DNA of 64,000 nucleotides from Prevotella sp. UBA2742 (GCA_002353485.1 DEJS01000019.1:22138-86137), one strand, 5' to 3'. Shown: positions 38,883 to 47,551, counted from the first letter of the stretch. The notes: generated by a model from the sequence alone, not told the origin. Program-made: numbers and translations.

Positions 38883-39454
38883 ACATAGCCATCTTCGTGT
38901 CAGGAAGCGGCACGAACTGTGAGAATCTTATTCGCTACTTCAGCGGTAGCGAGCGTGTGAACTGTGCCCTTGTGGTAAGCAACAAACCCGATGCCTATGC
39001 CCTGGTGCGTGCCGAGGCCCTGGGGGTGGCCACGGCGGTGGCCCCCAAGCCGCTGCTGAATGACGAGGCTTACATGATGTCGCTGCTTCGTCAGCACGAC
39101 ATCCATTTCATTGTCTTGGCGGGATTCCTGCCCCTGGTACCCAATTTCCTTATCGACGCCTTTCCGCGCCGCATCGTCAACGTCCACCCGGCGCTGTTGC
39201 CTAAATATGGCGGCAAGGGCATGTGGGGCCACCATGTGCACGAGGCCGTGAAGGCCGCCGGCGAGACAGAGACCGGCATGACGGTGCATTACGTCACCCC
39301 CGTATGCGACGCTGGCGAGGTGATAGCACAGTACAGAGTAGCACTTTCTCCGACAGATACGGCAGAGGATATCGCAGAGAAAGAGCATCAGTTGGAAATG
39401 CAGTATTTCCCGAAAGTCGTAGAGCAAGTACTTCGCGAGACGTTCTCTCTATGA
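38870..39454 (+). CDS. purN: Phosphoribosylglycinamide formyltransferase
   Basis: SGSGTN, LAGF, NVHPALLPKYGG, GMTVHYV. Confidence 0.96.
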   Translation: MERVNIAIFVSGSGTNCENLIRYFSGSERVNCALVVSNKPDAYALVRAEALGVATAVAPKPLLNDEAYMMSLLRQHDIHFIVLAGFLPLVPNFLIDAFPRRIVNVHPALLPKYGGKGMWGHHVHEAVKAAGETETGMTVHYVTPVCDAGEVIAQYRVALSPTDTAEDIAEKEHQLEMQYFPKVVEQVLRETFSL

Positions 39455-39514
39455 GAGTGTGGCGTTGCAATCTCTCTTTGAGAGTGTGGCGTTGCAATCT
39501 CTCTATGAGAGTTG
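39444..39514. repeat. 27-bp tandem repeat (about 2.6 copies) spanning the purN stop
   Basis: tctctct(a/t)tgagagtgtggcgttgcaa at 39444 and 39471, partial copy at 39498. Confidence 0.85.
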
Positions 39515-39620
39515 ACAGCCAACACCCTTATATCATAGTCTTTGCCGACCCTGTTGCCTGGCGGCGCTGCGTCCGCGACTACTGCAAGAGCTGAGAAATG
39601 TACTAAAGGTGTATTCGAAA

Positions 39621-39655
39621 GAGCCTCCCCGCCAACGTATGTGGCGGGGAGGCTC
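39621..39655 (-). terminator. Terminator hairpin after peptide P2
   Basis: gagcctccccgcca-acgtatg-tggcggggaggctc. Confidence 0.7.
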
Positions 39656-39662
39656 GTGAGTT

Positions 39663-39854
39663 TTATTCGCCCAGAAGTTCGTCCCATGCCGGGTCGTCGA
39701 ACAGGCCAGGGGCGCGGCCACCGCCAGAGCCGCCGGTGATATCCGTGTCAAAGCCGCCATTACCGCCTGTACTTGTAGGTCCGCTGACTGCCAGCATCTG
39801 CTGTACTGCTATCTCTATTGCCTCCATCTGAGGCGCTGTATATTCTCTTTTCAT
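39663..39854 (-). CDS. Small peptide P2 (63 aa) with YxxP...QMLxxS leader
   Basis: MKREYTAPQMEAIEIAVQQMLAVSG + Gly/Asp-rich tail; ATGA overlap with the stop of the upstream cargo gene. Confidence 0.85.
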   Translation of the reverse strand: MKREYTAPQMEAIEIAVQQMLAVSGPTSTGGNGGFDTDITGGSGGGRAPGLFDDPAWDELLGE

Positions 39855-42454
39855 TTCAATACCTCCTTTCTGCCGTTATGGATATACAAGCCTTTCTGCG
39901 TGGGCTTCTGCGAGAGCCTGCGCCCATCCAGCGTGTACCACTCTGCGGCGGCAGACTTCAATTCTTCAATTCTTGAATTCTTCAATTCTATGACTCCCGT
40001 GGTTTCGTTGTCCTCTCCGTCGAAGGTCAGGAGAATCTCGCTGACCTTGTTGCCGTCGCTGAGTTCGAAGTGTGCACGGCAGGCACCCAGCGTCATGTCA
40101 GCGTTCGGCCAGTGCAGCTGGTTCGCTGCACCGAGGAACAGGATGCTCCTGTCATCAGCCGTGAAGTCCACAGGGCTGTACGAGCCCACGAACTTGCCAC
40201 CGCTGAAGCTGATCTCCGTTAAGGCATTTTTGTCGATGGTTACTCCGATGAACACAGGGTTCGTGATGGTTTGTGCGGTGTTGATCCACTTCATGAGGAA
40301 CGGTGTGCCGGCGGGGATGGTGGTGGCGTCGTCGAAGTTCAGCGTCAGCGTCGAGCCGTTGAGCCCGCTCGTCCCGCTGTACAGCGTCTTAGCCACGGGA
40401 TTGTTGCCTGGGTCGCCTTCCAGCGGACTGCCGGCGATGGTCACGTTGAAGGGCAGGCATAGCGTGTTCCACGCGCCGTCCTTGTAGAGCGTGCGGCCGT
40501 TGAGGGCTACGGCAATGGTCTCACCGTCGTACTCGGCAATGGCATCGGCGTTGCTGGCGTTGTCGGTCAGGACGAGGCAGGGGTGCAGGGTCTTATTAGT
40601 TAGTTTCTCCAGCGTTCCCGTGGTCGTCGTGTGGTCGTAGATGCCAGTGCCGTCGGTAAACAGTTTGCCGTCAGTAATCGTGATGGTGCCCACGCCACTC
40701 GGATTTACGAACTCATGGGCCTGGATGTAGTCGCTCGGCTTACGCCAGCCCAACGTAATATTATCAGCCGTGATAGTAGCGTAAGAAGGCGCTAATATGA
40801 TTTGGCCACCGTTGATGATAACGTTAGAGCCACAAATACCACGGCCCGAACTTGTCGCCTCTACCACACCGCCGTTGATGGTGATAGTCTTGGCATTATA
40901 GCCACAAGCAGCGCCTAAACCCGGATGACCATGCTTTGATGTAACCTTGCCCGTGCCTGCTGCCTGGCCGTAGATGGTCAGCTCGTAAGACGTGGAACCA
41001 TCCCTGCACGACAGTCCTACATAGAAGAAATTGGGGTCGCTGTCGCCGCTGGCATCAATCGACAGCGTCTTGCCGTCGGCCAGAATCAGGTGGGTGTCGC
41101 CCGTAAAGTTCAGTTTCGTCGTCAAGTTGACGTTGCTGTTCACCACATACCAGCCGCCGGGCAGGTTCGTCTGGCTGCCGTCAATTATAGTGGCGGCGTG
41201 AGTCTGCTCAACGCCGTTCTCATCGATGTAGGTGAACGACAACAAGGCGGTGACGGTCACGTCGGCTGCGGGCATGGTGAGAGTATATCCGTCGGTATCG
41301 TTGCCGATGATGGTGCCGCCATTGGTGGCGGTATAGCCGCCGAAGATGCCGCCTTCGGGAGCGTCGCCGAGGGTGACTGTATTGCCTGCCGTGCTGTAGA
41401 TGGTGGTGCTGGTGCCGTCGTTATAGGCCAAAGCGAAGTCGCCGTAGGCGGTCAGAGAGCCATGCGCGGTGGCGGTGCCGCCGAGGGTGGCGCCATTGCT
41501 GAGGGTGATGGTGTGGGCAAGGCCGCAGTTGGTTTTGCTGCCGTCGCCGACGGCGCATTTATCGTTGGCGAGGGTGCTGGCGTAATAGTTCTTGCCCTTT
41601 ATGGCGGTGTCGGTATAGTAACAGTTTGTGACGGTGCTTCCGTCGTTCCCGCCTACGATGGCGCCAACAGAATTTGCACCGCTCGGAATGGTGGTGCCGA
41701 GGTAGAGGCAATCCTTGACGGTACCCAAGTTATAGCCTACGATTCCGCCGTAGTTCATGCAGCTGCTAAGGCCGTCGGCGATGGTGAGGGTGGCGGCGCT
41801 GGTGCAGCCGGTGACGGTGGCGCGGGTGCAGCCTGCTATGCCGCCGATGTCGCTAGTGCTGTTCTGGACGGCATTGATGGTGACGTCGTCAAGGACATGG
41901 CAGTTCTCGACGGTGCCGCCGTAAAGGTCGCCTACGATGCCGCCGGAGAAACTGTTGCCAGTGATGCGGGCGTCAGCGAGAATGATGTTCTTCACCTCGG
42001 CTTTATTACCGTTGATTTGGCCGAAGAGACCTTGTCTGTAGTCGGGGTCGGCGGTGCCGTTCCGATAGATGCGGATGCCGCTGATGACATGGTTCGCACC
42101 GTCGAAGTGGCCTTTGAAGTATCGGTTTTTTCCGCTGCCGAAGTAGCCTCCGATGGGCTTATAGTTGTTCTCGGTGCTGCTTGCGTTGTCCCAGTCGGTG
42201 TTGTGGTCGTAGGTGATGTCAGCACCCAGCTTGAAGTACTTGCCGCTGTAGTCGTTGCCACCGTTCACGTCGGTAGCCAACTTGTCAAGGTCGTCGGTTG
42301 AACTGATCTTGTACGGGTCTTCACTCGTACCGCTACCGCCACTTGCCGTGGGGAACTGAGTAGTCTGTGCCCACGCTGTCGCGGCGGTGAGCATCGTCAC
42401 GAGCAGCGTCATGGCTGCCCTCGTGATGCGTTGTTTTGTAATTGTTCGTTTCAT
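39851..42454 (-). CDS. Secreted surface protein with GLUG-like repeats and T9SS-like C-terminal tail
   Basis: Sec signal; GSGTSEDPYKI; GGIVG/GGIAG/GAIVG repeats; WNTLCLPF domain; ends WYTLDGRRLSQKPTQKGLYIHNGRKEVLK. Confidence 0.85.
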   Translation of the reverse strand: MKRTITKQRITRAAMTLLVTMLTAATAWAQTTQFPTASGGSGTSEDPYKISSTDDLDKLATDVNGGNDYSGKYFKLGADITYDHNTDWDNASSTENNYKPIGGYFGSGKNRYFKGHFDGANHVISGIRIYRNGTADPDYRQGLFGQINGNKAEVKNIILADARITGNSFSGGIVGDLYGGTVENCHVLDDVTINAVQNSTSDIGGIAGCTRATVTGCTSAATLTIADGLSSCMNYGGIVGYNLGTVKDCLYLGTTIPSGANSVGAIVGGNDGSTVTNCYYTDTAIKGKNYYASTLANDKCAVGDGSKTNCGLAHTITLSNGATLGGTATAHGSLTAYGDFALAYNDGTSTTIYSTAGNTVTLGDAPEGGIFGGYTATNGGTIIGNDTDGYTLTMPAADVTVTALLSFTYIDENGVEQTHAATIIDGSQTNLPGGWYVVNSNVNLTTKLNFTGDTHLILADGKTLSIDASGDSDPNFFYVGLSCRDGSTSYELTIYGQAAGTGKVTSKHGHPGLGAACGYNAKTITINGGVVEATSSGRGICGSNVIINGGQIILAPSYATITADNITLGWRKPSDYIQAHEFVNPSGVGTITITDGKLFTDGTGIYDHTTTTGTLEKLTNKTLHPCLVLTDNASNADAIAEYDGETIAVALNGRTLYKDGAWNTLCLPFNVTIAGSPLEGDPGNNPVAKTLYSGTSGLNGSTLTLNFDDATTIPAGTPFLMKWINTAQTITNPVFIGVTIDKNALTEISFSGGKFVGSYSPVDFTADDRSILFLGAANQLHWPNADMTLGACRAHFELSDGNKVSEILLTFDGEDNETTGVIELKNSRIEELKSAAAEWYTLDGRRLSQKPTQKGLYIHNGRKEVLK

Positions 42455-42712
42455 ACGTGTTTAATGATTAATTATTTATTATTATCTATTCTTTGCTTCC
42501 TTATTTATGATACATTGACTACTGACCAACAACGGACAATGAGCCCACGCCGTCCGGGCGCATGCTACAAAGCAAACCGCCAAGCTTGCTTGAGCTTTTC
42601 CGAGCCGAAGCCGTTTTTCGGGGCAACCCCCAAAGAACGGCTTCAGTTCAGTTCTGTTAGAACGCCAGTCGTAATGCTAAATAGTATAGTCGTATTTGAC
42701 GATAACATGCCC

Positions 42713-42868
42713 CTATGGCAGGACTTCATCTTCGCCCAGGCCATCACCGTCCAGCGTGAAACCATCTGTACTGTCAATGCTCTTGGTCAGTGGACTGCCG
42801 CAGAGCATCTGCGTCTGCTGAATCTCCACCACCTGCATCTCTGGTTTGATATATGCTGTTTTCTTCAT
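42713..42868 (-). CDS. Small peptide P3 (51 aa) with YxxP...QMLxxS leader
   Basis: Manual translation MKKTAYIKPEMQVVEIQQTQMLCGSPLTKSIDSTDGFTLDGDGLGEDEVLP*; 15 nt after the cargo stop. Confidence 0.8.
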   Translation of the reverse strand: MKKTAYIKPEMQVVEIQQTQMLCGSPLTKSIDSTDGFTLDGDGLGEDEVLP

Positions 42869-42883
42869 TGTCGTGTCCTCCCT

Positions 42884-45800
42884 TTACTTTATGATTACCT
42901 TTTTACCATTCTGGATATACACACCCTTCTGGGCAGGCTTGCCCTGCAGGCGACGGCCGCTGAGGTCGTACCAGCCGATGCCTTCGTTCGTTGAAGGCTC
43001 AGCGTTAGTAGTCGTTATCCCTGTTGTCTGCTCGTCGCCGAAGTCCATGATGAAGCTGCGGACAGCAGCGGCACCGGTAATCTCGAAGTAAGCACGGCAG
43101 GTACCGAGCGCCTTGCCGTTGGCAACGGTGCGGTCGGTCTTGGCATATCCTAACTTGTTGCCGGTGGCAAGCAGCAGCACCTCGTCGCGGTTGACATCGG
43201 TAATCTCAAGCGGAGCATAGGTGCCCTTGAATGAGCCACCCGAGAAGCTGACATCGTTCATCGTATTGTCAATAGTGACATTATCGAATACAGGGTTCGT
43301 GAGGTTAGTGGAGAGGGCGGGGTCCCACTTCACCATATAAGGCTTACCTGCCGTGATTGCGGTCGCATTCTGGAAGTTCAGCGTCAGCTTGCCTTTGCCG
43401 TCGAGGTTCGATGTAGGGAGCAGCTCCTTGATGGTAGCACCAGCCAGTGGTGAGGCGGCAATCTGCTCTGCCGTCAAAGAGAACGGCAGGCAAAGCGTGT
43501 TCCAGTCACCATTCTTCAGCAGGGTGCGGTCGCTGAGGGTGACCTTCGACATCATACCTTTGTTATTATTAATAGCGGTTGTGTTGTCAGCGTAGTTAGC
43601 CAGTTCCAACGTCTTTAAGACATTCACCGTCAGGTCGAGACCGTCGTAGTAGCCGTTGCCGTCCGAATAGAAATAGAGCGTCAGGCTCTGGCCGCTGCTG
43701 GCGACGGTGGTGATGGCAGTCTCGGTACCATCGCTGGTGCTGCTCACCGCGTTGAGCAGCATGGTGCCGCTGGTCGAGCTGCCGTCATAGACGGTCAGCT
43801 TGTCATATTTTTTTTCCGTCGTGATGCTGCCCGAAAGTTGGAGCACGTAGCCCGTGGGGGCGGTCAGGGTGAGGGTGCCATCGCAACGGTTGCTGTAGCT
43901 TCCGTCCTTGCCGCCGTCGTCATACACCTTGAACGACTGCACGCCCGTGGGGATAGTAACCGTCTTCGTGCCCGTCGTGGGCATGTTGATGTAGAGGCCG
44001 CCGTCGGCAGTCCATGTGTTGGTGAACGTCGGAGTGACGGTGACTGCCGAGGCGGGCATGCGGAAGGTGGCGGTGTTGGTCCAGACGTTCCAGTTCACGA
44101 CCACGGCATTGCTGCTGCCGTCCACGACGCTGAGGTCGCTGAGCAGATAGGTAGCATCGGTGGGCGCGGCGGTCAGGGTGACCACGTCGTTCACCTTGGC
44201 GGTGGTTGCATTTGTACTGTTGACGGTTGCTGTGACGCTGCCGCCCGTAGCATTGTCTATGGTGATGTCATAATCTGTGCTGGTGCTGACGAGCGTCACC
44301 GTCAGGTCGAGGCCGGCGTAGTTGGTGATGTCGTCCGAATAGAAATAGAGCGTCATGCTCTGGCCGCTGCTGACTACGGTGGTGATGGCGGTCTTGGTGC
44401 CGTTATTGGTGCTGTTCACTGCGTTGAGCAGTTTGGTGCCGCTGGTCGAGCTGCCGTCATAGACGGTCAGCTTGTCTTTGGTTTCCGTCGTGATGCTGCC
44501 CGAGAGCTGGAGTACGTAGCCCGTGGGGGCGGTCAGGGTGAGGGTGCCGCTGCAGCCATTGCTATAGTTGCCAGCGGTGTTGTTGTTGCCGCCTCCCTTG
44601 CCGCCGTTGTCATAGACATTGAACGACTGTACGTCCGAGGGGATAGTGGCTGTCTTCTTGCCCGTCGTGGGCATGTTGATGTAGAGGCTCGTCAGGTCAT
44701 TGGTGAATGTCGGGGTGACGGTGACTGCCGAGGCGGGCATGGTGAAGGTGGCAGTGTTCGTGTTGGCATACCAGAGCATGTCTGTCACGGCCACTGCGTT
44801 GCTGCTGCCGTCCACGACGCTGAGGCCGCTGAGCATGTAGCCGCTCTCAGGCGTGGCGGTCAGGGTGACTACGTCGTTCCACTTGGCTGTGTTTGCACTT
44901 GCATTGCTGACGCTGGCAGCAACACTGCCGCCCGTGGCGTTGCTTACAGTGATGCCATACTCCGTATTGGGATTGACGAGCGTCACCGTCAGGTCGAGGC
45001 CGGCGTAGTTCCCGCTGCCGTCCGAATAGAAATAGAGCGTCATGCTCTGGCCGCTGCTGACTACGGTGGTGATGGCGGTCTGGGTGCCGTGGCTGGAGCT
45101 GCTCACTGCGTTGAGCAGTTTGGTGCCGCTGGTCGAGCTGCCGTCATAGACGGTCAGCTTGTCTAAGGTTTCCGTCGTGATGCTGCCCGAGAGCTGGAGT
45201 ACGTAGCCCGTGGGGGCGGTCAGGGTGAGGGTGCCGCTGCAACTGTTGCTGTAGTTGCTGCTTGCGCCGCCGTCGTCATAGACCTTGAACGACTGTACGT
45301 CCGAGGGGATAGTGGCTGTCTTCGTGCCCGTCGTGGGCATGTTGATGTAGAGGCCGCCGTCGGCAGTCCATGTGTTGGTGAACGTCGGAGTGACGGTGAC
45401 TTTCGAGGCTGGCATAGTGAAGGTGGCCTGGTTGTTGGTGTACCATCCGCCAGTCACTGCCACGGCATTGCTGCTGCCGTCCACGACGCTGAGGTCGCTG
45501 AACAGGTAGCCGTTGTTAGGCGTGGCGGTCAGGGTGATTACGTCGTTCACCTTGGCTGTGCTCTTGTTGCTGGCGATGCTGCCGTCCGAGGCGTTGTTTA
45601 CGGTGATGGCATACTCAGTGCTGGTGCTGATGAGCGTCACCTTCAGGTCGAGGCCGATGTCGGTGGAGCCGCTGTCCGATTTGAAATAGAGCGTCATGCT
45701 CTGGCCGCTGCTGACTACGGTGGTGATGGCGGTCTGGGTGCCGCTGCTGGTGCTGCTCACCGCGGCGAGCAGCTTGGTGCCGCTGGTCGAGCTGCCGTCA

Positions 45801-46138
45801 TAGACGGTCAGGTTATCATAATCTTTTTCCGTCGTGATGCTGCCCGAAAGTTGGAGCACGTAGCCCGTGGGGGCGGTCAGGGTGAGGGTGCCATCGCAAT
45901 TGTTGCTGTAGTTGTAGCTCCTGCCGCCGTTGTCATACACCTTGAACGTGGTGACTGTGGCATCGCTGAGTGTCAGCGTTTTCGTGCCTGTTTGGGGCAT
46001 CATCACGCACTTCGTGCCGCCGTCGTCTTGCAACGTCACGTCGGCTGCCCACGCCTTCGAGGCGGTGAGCATCGTCACGAGCAGCGTCATGGCCGCCCTC
46101 GTGATGTGTTGTCTTGTAAATGTTCGTTTCATACGCAT
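42884..46138 (-). CDS. Secreted surface protein with 4 CUB-like domains, Ig/B-repeat-like spacers and T9SS-like tail
   Basis: 4 x VYD(N/D)GG...YSNxCxGTLTLTAPTGYVLQLSGSITTE..D.LTVYDG...LYF.SD; TF(T/R)MPASxVTVTPTF spacers; ends WYDLSGRRLQGKPAQKGVYIQNGKKVIIK. Confidence 0.85.
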   Translation of the reverse strand: MRMKRTFTRQHITRAAMTLLVTMLTASKAWAADVTLQDDGGTKCVMMPQTGTKTLTLSDATVTTFKVYDNGGRSYNYSNNCDGTLTLTAPTGYVLQLSGSITTEKDYDNLTVYDGSSTSGTKLLAAVSSTSSGTQTAITTVVSSGQSMTLYFKSDSGSTDIGLDLKVTLISTSTEYAITVNNASDGSIASNKSTAKVNDVITLTATPNNGYLFSDLSVVDGSSNAVAVTGGWYTNNQATFTMPASKVTVTPTFTNTWTADGGLYINMPTTGTKTATIPSDVQSFKVYDDGGASSNYSNSCSGTLTLTAPTGYVLQLSGSITTETLDKLTVYDGSSTSGTKLLNAVSSSSHGTQTAITTVVSSGQSMTLYFYSDGSGNYAGLDLTVTLVNPNTEYGITVSNATGGSVAASVSNASANTAKWNDVVTLTATPESGYMLSGLSVVDGSSNAVAVTDMLWYANTNTATFTMPASAVTVTPTFTNDLTSLYINMPTTGKKTATIPSDVQSFNVYDNGGKGGGNNNTAGNYSNGCSGTLTLTAPTGYVLQLSGSITTETKDKLTVYDGSSTSGTKLLNAVNSTNNGTKTAITTVVSSGQSMTLYFYSDDITNYAGLDLTVTLVSTSTDYDITIDNATGGSVTATVNSTNATTAKVNDVVTLTAAPTDATYLLSDLSVVDGSSNAVVVNWNVWTNTATFRMPASAVTVTPTFTNTWTADGGLYINMPTTGTKTVTIPTGVQSFKVYDDGGKDGSYSNRCDGTLTLTAPTGYVLQLSGSITTEKKYDKLTVYDGSSTSGTMLLNAVSSTSDGTETAITTVASSGQSLTLYFYSDGNGYYDGLDLTVNVLKTLELANYADNTTAINNNKGMMSKVTLSDRTLLKNGDWNTLCLPFSLTAEQIAASPLAGATIKELLPTSNLDGKGKLTLNFQNATAITAGKPYMVKWDPALSTNLTNPVFDNVTIDNTMNDVSFSGGSFKGTYAPLEITDVNRDEVLLLATGNKLGYAKTDRTVANGKALGTCRAYFEITGAAAVRSFIMDFGDEQTTGITTTNAEPSTNEGIGWYDLSGRRLQGKPAQKGVYIQNGKKVIIK

Positions 46139-46224
46139 TAATTGATTTATTTGTTTATATTAATTGTTTATTCGAATAAAAGTTGTATCTTTGTTCCTTA
46201 TGCGTTGACGGTATTTAATACCGT

Positions 46225-47361
46225 TTATGTTTCTTTCTTCTGCTTCCGATACTCACTCGGAGCCACACCGTACTGGCGCTTGAAGGCGCGGGTGAAGGTG
46301 GGCACGTCGTTATAGCCAGTGGCGGCAGCTATCTCGGTGATCTTGCGGTCGCCCTGCAGGATGGCAGCGGCACAGTGGCTGAGACGCTGCTCGCTGACCC
46401 ATGCCACGAGGTTGGTACGCAGCGACTGATGGACATACTGCGACAGGTCGTCACGGGAGATGCTGAGGGCTGAGGCAATATCACCCAGCTCGGGGTTGCC
46501 CTTGGCATAGAAGGGGTTCTGGGGCATGTAACTGCCCCAAGGTGTGGTGCCTCCTAACTCTAAGGCGAGTACCTGAGGTAGACGCTCAGTAACAAGGCGA
46601 CCCGTGATGCTGCCATTGAGGCGCTCACGGGTATAGCGAACCTGCTGCTGATAGACACGTGCTGTCAGCAGCAAACCTATTATCAATAAGGTGTCTTTAA
46701 CGTAATGGGGGGGGTAAAAATTAAGGCAGAACGGAACTGCGGCAAGCATTAATGCTATCGCCCAATAGCCAATCACCCCTGCCTCCTGACGGTGGAGTGC
46801 CAGCGAGGGGGCTGCCTTCGATGCGGTGGACTGCTGGCGGCTGTGCAGCCATGCCTCCACCAGCATACCGATAGCCATCAGCCAGAAGACCACCAGCAGC
46901 GACATGAACAGGACACGACCCACGAAGACGACGGGGGCATCCTTGTGATAGACCAGCAGGTCTGCCGTATTCATCAGCGGGCGGTAGTTGCCCGAGGCAA
47001 GCATCAACACATTCACCATCAGGAGTACGGCGGGTATCTGCAACAGCAATACCCATGTCGTCAGTCGTCCGTGATGCTTACGACCGAAACAGAGCGAGCC
47101 CCACATGGTGAGCACGGCAAAGGAGACATAGAGCAGCGTAAGCGGCTGGGTGGCATACACCTCAAGGTTCTCGCCCCTGACAATGAAACCTGCACTGAGC
47201 GAATGAGCCGCCAAGGAGACCAGATACCACACCATCAGCCGACGGTGAATGCGGAACGGGAAGTCTTCCGCCGCCAACTTACTGCCATGAATCATCATAA
47301 TCCCTGCCAGCACTAAGCAACAAACTACTACTATGACATGTATGGTTAAGAAAAGGCTCAT
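46225..47361 (-). CDS. Membrane-anchored AraC family transcriptional regulator
   Basis: Several hydrophobic segments, then C-terminal KITEIAAATGYNDVPTFTRAFKRQYGVAPSEYR. Confidence 0.88.
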   Translation of the reverse strand: MSLFLTIHVIVVVCCLVLAGIMMIHGSKLAAEDFPFRIHRRLMVWYLVSLAAHSLSAGFIVRGENLEVYATQPLTLLYVSFAVLTMWGSLCFGRKHHGRLTTWVLLLQIPAVLLMVNVLMLASGNYRPLMNTADLLVYHKDAPVVFVGRVLFMSLLVVFWLMAIGMLVEAWLHSRQQSTASKAAPSLALHRQEAGVIGYWAIALMLAAVPFCLNFYPPHYVKDTLLIIGLLLTARVYQQQVRYTRERLNGSITGRLVTERLPQVLALELGGTTPWGSYMPQNPFYAKGNPELGDIASALSISRDDLSQYVHQSLRTNLVAWVSEQRLSHCAAAILQGDRKITEIAAATGYNDVPTFTRAFKRQYGVAPSEYRKQKKET

Positions 47362-47396
47362 ACTAACTTATATGCGGTTTATGATGTTTCTGAGCG

Positions 47397-47458
47397 CAAA
47401 AATAGGGATTTTTCTCAAAACTTTGGGTTGGCAGGGCGAAGAATCGGTTGGCAGGGCG
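47397..47458 (-). promoter_or_regulatory. AraC gene promoter with 13-bp direct repeat
   Basis: Minus-strand TATTTTTG at 47404-47397; GGTTGGCAGGGCG at 47426 and 47446. Confidence 0.55.
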
Positions 47459-47490
47459 CCCATATTTAACGTTTATTTAGAGAAAAACAC

Positions 47491-47528
47491 AAGAATCCGA
47501 CGGGCAAGGTGACCCATCGGATTCTTTT
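47491..47528. terminator. Terminator hairpin after the acyl-CoA dehydrogenase gene
   Basis: aagaatccgacggg...cccatcggattctt. Confidence 0.7.
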
Positions 47529-47551
47529 CTTATCAAAAAAAGCACTATTGC

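Noticed and set aside
28325-42868. Calling the peptides lasso-peptide precursors
   Set aside because: No lasso cyclase, B protein or transporter in the window, and no conserved Thr at -2 of a plausible core; only the YxxP resemblance remains
43625-45950. A complete DGR
   Set aside because: No reverse transcriptase or separate template repeat is visible, and indels and non-A changes are present; kept only as a testable hypothesis
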